NCBI GenBank assembly: GCA_964234715.1 | Contig: OZ174289.1 | Reading direction: 5' to 3' (one strand) | DNA: 64,000 nt | DNA from: Podarcis melisellensis | Taxonomy: Eukaryota | In this document: positions 13,284-64,000 of the stretch, one piece after another | Layout: every line of letters begins with the position of its first letter | Numbering within the stretch: the stretch's first letter is position 1 | Program-made: the position numbers and the translations under genes | The notes under the pieces: generated by a model | Told to the model about the DNA's origin: nothing | Seen by the model: only the letters and a program-made list of their open reading frames with translations | Databases searched by the model: none

Positions 13284-14360
13284 TACTTCCTTTTGTCCAT
13301 CCTGAATCTTCAGCTTCATTGGATAGATTCATACAGTTCTAGTTTTGTGTGGCATAGTGGTTAGTGTGTTGGCCTGAGACCTGGGAGACCAGGGTTGCTC
13401 ACTGGGGGATCTTGGGCCAGTCTCCGTCTCTCAGCTTAACCTACCCCATGAGGAAGGGAGAACCATACACCCCACCTTGAAGGAGAAGGCACTATATAAA
13501 TGTAGTAAATAAACATAAATAAACTTCCACCCACTTTTCTCTACATTTTGCATAATCTTATGTGCCATTTCAGCTTTGCATAGGAGACAGGTTGTAACTG
13601 AGCATGCAATTACAGTGACAAAGAACATGTAGCCTGCAACTCAGATACCCTCTTTTATGTGGCTGGGATCATTTGATTAAAGACATCCAAACTGTTTCCC
13701 CGAATTGTATATTGGTGGAGATCAGGAATGGGGAATCTGTGGTCCCCCATACGTTCCTGGACTATAACTCCCATCACCCCTGCCCACTGGGTCATGCTAG
13801 CTGGGGCTTATGGGAGATAGAATCCAACAACACCTGGAGGGCGCAGGTTCCCCATCCCTGGTGAAGACGTGTCTTGATGTAGGCAGACCTGAACTCCCCC
13901 AGAAGCTATTTCCATGGCCCAGCCTTGGCCCTCATGAATTGCAATGAAAGGGAGTGCACTTGAACATGTGCAGTGCTTCCCCTCACCCACTTCAGTAAAT
14001 GGGGAAAATGTCACTGGGGGCCACAGACCACAGCCACATCAAAGTGGCATAGATGGTGGAAGAACCCTGAGTGAAAGACAGGGAAGTGAAGATTTCTCAG
14101 AGTGAGAGACTGGGAGAGAAGAAGAGAGCTCCCAAATGAGAGCTGGGAAGTTCTTGCATTTTCTGTAGGGGTGGAGATTAAGACCTTTGGATAGATAGAA
14201 GGTTCTACAGTTGTGCATTTTTTTGTATTTTAGATGCTCATTATTCTTTCTAATTTTTAGCACTGTTACACATATATTTCTTATCATGTATTTCTTACTA
14301 TGATTGTGTTTGCATTATGCTCTATAGATATTGCTTTGTTGACTTTTGTGTTCTGTGCTG

Positions 14361-17300
14361 TAATAATAATAATAATAAATAATAAATAATAATAATAATA
14401 ATAATTTGTACCCCGCCCATCTGGCTGGGTTTCCCTAGCCACTCTGGGCAGCTTCCAACAAAGATTAAAAATACATTAAAATGTCACACATTAAAAACTT
14501 CTCTAACCAGGGCTGCCTTCAGATGTCTTCTAAATGTCAGGTTTATCTCTTTGACATCTGATGGGAGGGCGTTCCACAGGGCGGGCGCCACTACCGAGAA
14601 GGTTCCCTGCAGCTTTCCTTCTCACACTGAGGGAACCGCCAGAAGGCCCTCGGTGCTGGACCTCAGTGTCCGGGTAGAACAATGTGGGTGGAGACACTCC
14701 TTCGGGTATACTGGGCAGAGGCCACTTAGGGCTTTAAAGGTCAGGACCAACACTTTGAATTGTGCTTGGAACGTACTGAGAGCCAATGTAGGTCTTTCAA
14801 GACTGCTGATATATGGTCTTGGCGGCCGCTCCAAGTCAACAGTCTAGCTGCTGCATTCTGGATTAGTTGTAGTTTCCGGGTCACCTTCAAAGGTAGCCCC
14901 AAGTAGAGCACATTGCAGTAGTCCAAGCGGGAGATAACTAGAGCATGCACCACTCTGGTGGGACAGTCCACGGGCAGGTTGGGTCTCAGCCTGTGTACCA
15001 GATGGAGCTGGTAGACAGCTGCCCTGGATACAGAATTGACCTGCACCTCCATGGACAGCTGTGAGTCCAAAATGATTCCCTGGCTCAACACCTGGTCCTT
15101 CAGGGGCACAGTTACCCCATTCAGGACCAGGAAATCCTCCACACCTGCCCACCCCCTGTCCCCCAAGAACAGTACTTCTGTCTTGTCAGGATTCAACCTC
15201 AATCTGTTAGCCTCCATCCACCCTCCAACCGCCTCCAGGCACTCACACAGGACCTTTACCGCCTTCACTGGTTCTGATTTAAAAGAGAGGTAGAGCTGAG
15301 TATCATCTGCATATTGATGGGACACCAGGCCCAAACCCCCTGATCTCTCCCAGTGGCTTAATGTAGATGTTAAAAAGCATGGGGGAGAGGATGGAACCCT
15401 GAGGCACCCCACAAGTGAGGGCCCAGGGGTCTGAACACTCACCCCCCAACACTACTTTCTGGACACGGCCCAGGAGGAAGGAACAGAACCACTGTATAAC
15501 ACTGTCCCCAGCTCCTCTAGACGGTCCAGAAGGATGTTATGGTCGATGGTGTCAAAGGCCGCTGAGAGATCCAGCAGAACTAAGAAACAGCTCTCACCTT
15601 TGTCCCTAGCCCACTGGAGATCATCGACCACTGCGACCAAGGCAGTTTCAGTCCCATGATGAGGCCTGACTCTTTATTGGAAGGGATCCGAATGGTCCGC
15701 ATCCTCCAGGCGTGCCTGGAGTTGTTCAGCAACCACCCGCTCAATCACCTTGCCCAAGAATGGAAGATTTGAGATTGGGTGATAGTTGGCCATATTGGCC
15801 GGGTCTAAAGATGGTTTTTTAAGAAGCGGTTTAATGACCGCCTCTTTCAGCAGGTCTGGGAATGTTCCCTCACAGAGGGAAGCATTCACCACCCCGTAGA
15901 GCCCATTGCCCAGCCCTTCCCGGCTTGCTTTTATTAGCCAGGATGGGCAAGGATCAAGGAGACAGATGGTTGGTTTCACACGTCCAAGCAAGCCTGTCCA
16001 CATCCTCAGGGGTAACAGACTGAAACTGATTCCATGCAACTCGACCAGACAAGGGACACGGGTGGCGCTGTGGGTTAAACCACAGAGCCTAGGACTTGCC
16101 AATCAGAAGGTTGGCGGTTCGAATCCCCACGACGGGGTGAGCTCCCGTTGCTCGGTCCCTGCTCCTGCCAACCTAGCAGTTTGAAAGCACGTCAAAGTGC
16201 AAGTAGATAAATAGCGGGAAGGTAAACGGTGTTTCCGTGCGCTGCTCTGGCTCACCAGAAGCGGCTTAGTCATGCTGGCCACATGACCGGGAAGCTGTAC
16301 GCTGGCTCCCTCGGCCAATAAAGCGAGATGAGCGCCACAACCCCAGAGTCGGTCATGTATGGACCTAATGGTCAGGGGTCCCTTTACCTTTAACTCGACC
16401 AGACAGGGCTCTAGCACTCTCCTGCCCCGGCCCTGCTCCCATGGTGGTGTCTACCTCCTTCCGAATCTGAGCGACTTTATCTGCAAAAAACTTTGCAGAA
16501 TCATTGCAGGAGATCTTGGGGTCTTTACAAATCCCCAATGGTAAAGGTGGTTCTGTTAAATTGCGGACCACCTGAAAGAGTCTCCTGCTACTATTTTCTG
16601 CAGATGCAGTAGAGGCGGTGAAGAAAGTCTTCTTCGCCGTCGCTATCGTCACTTGGTAGGTTCGATGTTGAGCTCTAACCAATGTCCAGTCTGATTCAGA
16701 ATGAGTTTTCTGCTACCGGCACTCTAGCCATAACAGCGATTGTTTCATTGCCCTCAGATCCATGGAAAACCATGGGGTTGTCCGGGCTCCATGCAATCGG
16801 AGAGGGCGCTTCGGAGCCAGACAGTTGATAGCCCTTGTTAATTCCGCATTCCAGCGGGCCACCAGGGAATCAGCTGAAAGGCCATCAACATGGGATAAAG
16901 CATCCCCTACGATTCTCTGGAAACCATTTGGATCCATTAAGTGGCAGGGGCAGACCATCCGAATTGGTCCCACCTCCCTGAATAGGGGAAGGGTCGTGGA
17001 GAAGTCCAGTTGCACCAGGAAGTGATCTGACCATGGCACTTCTTTTGTTTTACTTTTACTTACTGTCTGATTACCCACATCACTAGAGGTGAACACCAGG
17101 TCTAAGGCATGTCCATGACTATGAGTTGGGACAAACTTATTCAGGAACAGCCCCATGGAGGCCATGCTTTCCACGAAGTCCCTAGCTGCCCCTTGTAAGG
17201 TCGTGTCGGCATGGATGTTAAAATCCCCTAGGACAACCAAACTAGGTGTCTCCAGGAGAACATCCACCATGACCTGAAGCAACTCAGGCAGGGAATCCTT

Positions 17301-17577
17301 GATGCAGCGGGGAGGTTGGTACACCAAAAGGAATCCTGCACTGCCCCTATTGCCCAACTTCCAGAACATGCACTCGGAAAACTGGGTCTTCCCAATAAAA
17401 TGCCTGATGCAAGCTAGTGACTTTCTAAAAATCACTGCAACCCCCCCTCCCCACCCACATGACCTGGGTTGCTGTGTGTAAGAGAAACCTGGTGGGCAAG
17501 CAGCGGCAAGGACAGGCCCACCTGATTCATCCCACCAAGTCTCTGTTACACATGCCAGGTCAAGTCCTCCATCCACG
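14361..17577 (-). mobile_element. L2-clade LINE, nearly complete ORF2 (endonuclease plus RT), frameshifted
   Basis: APE motifs VTETW, LGDFNIH, SDH (16713-17576); RT motifs [33 protein letters not shown]; (ATT)n tail at 14361-14405. Confidence 0.93.
16052..16391 (+). mobile_element. Sauria SINE inserted into the L2
   Basis: Full head and (CCTTTA)n tail; 14-bp TSD AACTCGACCAGACA at 16038-16051 and 16392-16405. Confidence 0.96.
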
Positions 17578-17616
17578 CTGTGGTCTTTTGATGAAGGGTA
17601 CTATATCAATTTTTTA

Positions 17617-17668
<52 letters not shown>

Positions 17669-17703
17669 TATAGCATCAAGCAGCAGCAGCAGCAGCAGCA
17701 GCA
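17617..17703. repeat. Compound microsatellite (AAT)n then (AGC)n
   Basis: Direct inspection. Confidence 0.92.
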
Positions 17704-19919
17704 ATACTGACACCAAATTAGGCCCTGGGTTGGGAAGCTCAGCCTGGCACTGGCCTCCAGCTGTTTTGGAAAGCGACTTCCAATTGTGCTGGCTGCAGCT
17801 GATGGGATTTGTAGTCCAGAGCAGCTGGTGAAGGCTGGGAGAGGACACCCAGCTCCTGGAAACCTCAGCTCAGCAAAGCCCTTGTGAAGGATCTGCACAA
17901 ACTCAAAAAAAGCCAGATGCCGATGGCAGATTTTTTGGCAGCTGTTGCTGGACCGGCCAAAGAGCTGTTAGCTGGTCTAAATTAGCTGGCCTGGGATCAT
18001 TAGCCTAGATTAGCTCTGGTGGGTTATAGCTGAATCCTGATTAGTTCATCTGTGTTGCTGAAATCCAGATTAGCGTCTCTGTCTTTGTTAGCCCAGATTA
18101 AAGCTTTATAGTGGGGCAGGGGCGGGTTTGATACACTCCAGTTACAGATGAAAGCAGGGACCAAAGTGCAGCAAGGAAAGGCAGACAGACTGTGGGCTCT
18201 CTCTCTCTGTGTGTCTGCCTCCAAACAGAAGTTTGCTTGGATCAGTGTGGGTCACATGGAACTCAGCCTGCCATCCAACAGGTGAAGTTGCCCTGCAGGT
18301 GCGCCAAGACTCTGGTTGTTCTGATGGATCTGTTAAGAGTCTGATAATGATGGCAGAAGAAACACAGACATTGGGGTGGGTGGGGCTTGCCTTGGCTCTT
18401 TCTGTGCCCTTGCAAAGCCCACTCAACCTGAACATTAGTACATTTGCAAGACCTGTTGCCCAGCCTCAAGACCAGATTTGGAGCCTTTCCCTTTTGACTG
18501 AGTAGTGCCCCTTTCCAGGCATCTCCTGTATGTTTTGGCCCTTGGCTCTGCTCTGCTTAAAACATCTCGTGTCACAAAGGCAGAAGGTCACTAACCCCAG
18601 TGGAATAGGGTACTTGCCATCCACTGCTAGACTCCATGATCCCTGCCAGCTTCAGGGCTGTTCAGCAACAAATATACCTTGTGTATGGGAGCTCTAAACA
18701 CCAAGCTTGAGATGTGGCTGGATAGCCAAAGACAGGGTGGAGGTTTCTTTGGAAGCAGGCCAGCCTGATTGTGTGCTTGCTTCTGTGTCCTTTCAAAGTC
18801 TGCTCAACCTGTATGCTTACACATAAAAAGTATTACAAAGGCACTGCTACAGTCTCCAGAAGCTTTCCTCCAAAGGGAGCTTCATGAAAGGGCCTCTAGA
18901 TTTCAATTGCTCGAAGGTGAGCAGCACAAAACACTGTTTTCTGCCAAAAAAAAAATGTTGTATGGGCATACTTGCCCTGTTTTCTTGAAATTGTAGTGAT
19001 TATTTATAAATTTGCTTTTCTCTCCAAATATAAGTAGTAGCATATGCAGACCCACGTCCTCTCTTGGGGCAATGCACAAGTGGCCACACTTGGCCCCATT
19101 ACGAAAGGGTGCAGGGGGCTCATCTAGCCCAGAGAAGGCTCTGGGGGAAGAGGGTGGTGTGCTGCAGCCCAGCAGAGGTGGCTGCTCCCAGACCTGGAAG
19201 CTGATTGAACAGGACAGGTTGGGAAGTGCACAGGAAGCAGCTCTGCCCAGAGCTGTCCCCCCTCATTAGCAGAGAAGTCTGTCTCTTTCAGCTCTGATCA
19301 GGTTTTGTGGGCCCAGCCAGCTCACACGTGGTTTGCACGGAGGGCAGCTCTGCAACCCAAAGCTGCACAATACTTGGAATTGGGGGGGGGGGGAGAGCAT
19401 TGCAAGTAGGGGGCAACTGAACCCTCCTGGAAACATTTTGACCTGGAGTTAACACAGCCTCCCCACCCCAATGCTGCATGTAGACTGATATACCCAGGCA
19501 CCAGTGATTTCAAAGCCATTAGATCAAGAAGCCCTGCAAACCTTCCTCTCACTCAATAGCTGTGGGCAGTGAAGTGCCATGGAGTGAACAAGCACCTTGT
19601 TTAAAGAATTTCTACCTTGATCTTCAGTCAAAAAGTTTCCATGCACAGCAGGGGTTCCCAGTGTTTCCCCATCCCCAGGAGCCTCTAGGTCCCCCCTTCC
19701 CTTGGGCAAGAGATGGGTACCTTTTTCTCCCTTGGAAAGTACATAGAGCTAAAGAAAGAAACTGCAAGAGCGGCACTCCTTCCCACCTCCTCTTCCAGCT
19801 CCTGTTCAGAGGGAACAGGGGAGAGAGAAGACGCCCAGCCCTCATTCAAAAATCCAAAAGCCCTGAGGTCTAAAAAGGATGGTGCCCCCTGACCTGTGGG
19901 TAACATTACATGTGTGAAG

Positions 19920-21038
19920 CACATCTTTATGCACCCCCTCGCCCAGCTTGTCCGGAGTTTTGGGCTGGGTTGCCATCAGTATGCTGATGACACCCAACTC
20001 TATCTGTTGATGGATGGTCATCCTGATTCGGCCCCAGACACACTGACCAGACGTCTGGAAGCTGTGGCTGGATGGTTATGTGGGAGCCGGTTGAAGTTAA
20101 ATCCTTTGAAGACAGAGGTCCTCTGGCTGGGGCGGGACGATATGGGATTGAGGGGGCAACTCCCATCTCTTGCGGGGGTGCAATTAGTGCCAGCACCGTC
20201 CGTTAAGAGTTTGGGTGCAATCTTCGATACCTCCCTCTCTATGGAGGCGCAGATTACAGCTATAACAAAGGCGGCATTTTTTCATCTCCACCAAGCTAAG
20301 CAGTTGGCCCCTTATCTCTGTCGCCCTGACCTAGCCACTGTGATCCATGCGACGGCCACCTCCAGACTGGATTATTGTAACTCACTCTATGTGGGGCTGC
20401 CCTTGAGACTGACCCAGAAACTCCAGCGGGTGCAGAATGCCGCGGGGAGACTCCTTATGGGGTCTTCGCTGCGAGATCACATTCATCCGGTACTATACCA
20501 GCTGCACTGGCTCCCGGTGGAGTACAGGGTCAGGTTTAAGGTGCTGGTTTTAACCTTTAAAACCCCATACGGCCTAGGACCCTCGTACCTACGGGACCGC
20601 CTCTCCTGGTATGCCCCACAGAGAAACCTACGGTCTGCAAATAATAACATCCTCAAGGTACCAGGCCTCAGAGAGGTTAGGCTGGCCTCAACTAGAGCAA
20701 GGGCCTTCTCGGCTGCGGCTCCAATCTGGTGGAACGCTCTGTCACAAGAGACATGGGCCCTGCGGGACCTGACATCTTTCCGCAGGGCCTGCAAGACAGA
20801 GTTGTTCCACCAGGCCTTTGGTCAGGGCGCAGCCTGACTCCCTCCTCTGGCAACCTGCACAGAATTTTGCTTAATCGGTTGCCATCAATTTGATTTTAAT
20901 TAATTTTTATAATGAAATATTTTTAGAATGTGTGATTATTTGACTGTTTGATTATTTGATTGTTGTTAGCCGCCCTGAGCCCGGCTTCAGCTGGGGAGGG
21001 CGGGATATAAATAAAATTTATTATTATTAATTTATTAT
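19920..21038 (+). mobile_element. 5'-truncated L2-clade LINE with uninterrupted RT C-terminal ORF
   Basis: ORF 19896-20837 contains YADDTQLY, SRLDYCNSLY, LHWLPV; 3' UTR and (ATT)n tail. Confidence 0.93.
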
Positions 21039-21929
21039 ACTCCCTCCCCTGCAAATGCACCTACAAGTGTGCTGCCAGGAAGTGGGCCAGAAGCCTTACA
21101 GAAAGGAGAGATCTGAGTTTACCCCGTTCCCCTTGCTCAGTTAACTCATGTGCCCAAGTACTCAGTGTGTGTCACAAATCATTCTGTATTTTCAGTTACT
21201 AGCAACAGAACGTGGGCCCAGGAGGGGAAGCACAGGGCAGCCAATGCTCTGGTGCTGCCTTATAAATCAACGGTATAGTCACAGCTCACCCATTCCTGGA
21301 TACTTTCCCCACTTCGACAGATACGTATTTTGCTGAAGGAACAGCAAGGGAGGTCTCTAATATACAATAAGAGAGAGCCACAGGTGGTGCAGTGGTAAGA
21401 GCATAAACCAGGGACCTGGGGGGCCAGGGCTCAAATCCCCACTTGGCCACGAAGATTTCACTGAGTGACCTTGGGCCATTCTCTATCCCACCCTACCAGG
21501 TTGGGGTGGGGATTAAATAAGGGGGGGGGGGACCATGTATGCCACCTTGAGCTCCTTAGAGAAAAAGGTGGGATATACAAACAAGCAAACAAAACAAACT
21601 GCTTTAAAAAAAACAAATGATGACATTTGCTACCCACGTCCGACTGCCTCAAAAAGAATGTCAGAAGTTCCCTTTAAGCGCAAAGTTAAATTCTCAAATC
21701 TGCATCAAGTTATGCAAATGTGTAAGCATGCCTTTCGTTTGTGTAATTAAAAGTTGCGGCAGGCTGCCTCTGCGTGTCTGGAGCAGATTGAGGACGGGGG
21801 AGGGCGTGTAACACCAAAATGCTGCTTCAGCCCCCGCTGAGGCATGGTGGCGCCAGCCGCCTTTTTGGTTTGCTGGCGGATATCCAGGCGCTGAGGAAAG
21901 GCAGGAGGGAGATGCCTCAGAGCCTTGCC

Positions 21930-21985
21930 CACCCACTACGGACACACGACACGCATCGCCTTCTGGAAAGTACGCTCTCTGTATT
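21930..21985 (-). terminator. Candidate MED12 polyadenylation region (variant AATACA signal plus GU-rich downstream element)
   Basis: Minus strand reads AATACA at 21980-21985, followed 25-50 nt later by GCGTGTCGTGTGTCCGTAGTGGGT; U-rich stretch upstream (22020-22110). Confidence 0.4.
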
Positions 21986-22337
21986 TGTTTCAGAACATCT
22001 GTGATACAGGGTTTCATCCGGTATAAATAAAGTAGAAAATCTTACAATTCATTTTCGTCATTATTTTAACAAAAATACCAAAAAACTTATTAAACCTGAA
22101 ATTAAAGGTGGGGAGACTCTAGCAATCACACGGGATTCCAAATCACTGGTAGAAAGGGGAGATCAAAAACACTCGTTGGGCATTATTAACCTTCTCTCTG
22201 CCCCGGGTGGCAAGGTGCTGCTGCTGCTGCAGAGCAGGTGCCCCAGAGGGCGGTGGGGTGGGTGGCAAGCCGTTGGTGGCCCCAAGCAGACAGAGCCCCC
22301 CTCAAGTCCACTGCGAGGCCTCTCTCTTTGCTGGGCC

Positions 22338-63220
<40,883 letters not shown>

Positions 63221-64000
63221 CTGAAGAAATACAGTAGAAAGAGGGACTGAGTTCCCTGGAAGGTCGGCAGGCTCCTCTTCCCTGTCCTCCTTCTATTCCA
63301 TGCTTGCTATAAACATCCTGAAGCCTTTGGACCATTTCCCCTTTTGCCCAGTATTAAAAACTCTCCACAAAGCATCTGGTCCTCACAAACCTGCTGTAAC
63401 CAGATCCAGGTACATGTTAACTAAAATCATTGCATGTTATTTCTGTTTGCCGTTGCCTTGACCTCTCTCCTCATCTCCCCTGCCGTCTCCTTGTCTTGAA
63501 ATATAGGCCCCATCCAGCACCTCACATTTAAAGCAGTATTATACAGGCACAGCTTACTCCAAAGAATCCTAGGACCTGTAGTTTGCTAACAGAGTTCTTA
63601 GGAGACCCCTGCTCTCCTCACAGAGCTACTGTTCTCAAAGTGGTTCATACATCAATCCCTCTTCCCAGGGAAATCTAGGAATTGTAGCTCTGTGTGGGGA
63701 ACAGGGGCTCCTAACAACTTTCAGCACCCTTCGCAAACTACATTTCCCAGGATTCTTTGGGTGGGAGGAAGCCATTACCTGTTTCAAGTGGTATGGCACT
63801 GATTTATACATATATAACACAGATGGAATTATATATTTCAAGCCTCCCAGAGTAAGGACTTGTCCTTGGTGAAGCATCACGCACACAAATCAGATGAGAA
63901 TAAATTTGTTTTACATGTGCCCAGCTTGGTTGTCCCCACTTTGCCTAGTACTGCATTCCATCCCACTCAGGGTGACACAGCCTGGCACTGCTTATTCCTT

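Noticed and set aside
17606-17898. Poly-Y/poly-I/poly-L/poly-C ORFs
   Set aside because: Translations of (AAT)n and (AGC)n microsatellites.
1-22000. NLGN3 coding exons expected from synteny
   Set aside because: No neuroligin/cholinesterase-like peptide in any frame; not called.

Overview
Eukaryotic (squamate reptile, most likely a lacertid lizard judging by the Sauria SINE type) genomic window. About 22.0-64.0 kb holds the 3' four-fifths of MED12 (Mediator kinase-module subunit) on the minus strand: 37 coding exons traced by hand (equivalents of human exons 8-16 and 18-45; 5325 nt, frame-consistent, about 1774 aa plus stop). The 5' exons lie beyond position 64000. Positions 1-22 kb are non-coding and transposon-rich; vertebrate synteny would put NLGN3 further out, but no NLGN3 coding exon is visible. 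Mobile elements include L2, CR1, L1 and Bov-B LINEs, Sauria and other tRNA SINEs, TA-flanked Tc1/mariner-type MITEs, hAT elements with 8-bp TSDs and probable solo LTRs, several of them nested. Most notable: (1) a very young Penelope-like insertion in MED12 intron 36 with a 252-bp inverted repeat, each arm carrying a minimal hammerhead-ribozyme core, inside an intron that also has a GC donor; (2) a 2-kb non-autonomous hAT element carrying a 154-bp tandem array; (3) splice-site oddities in MED12 (a duplicated in-frame donor, NAGNAG acceptors, no human exon 17 equivalent). Human exon numbering and family assignments are from recall, not from a database search.
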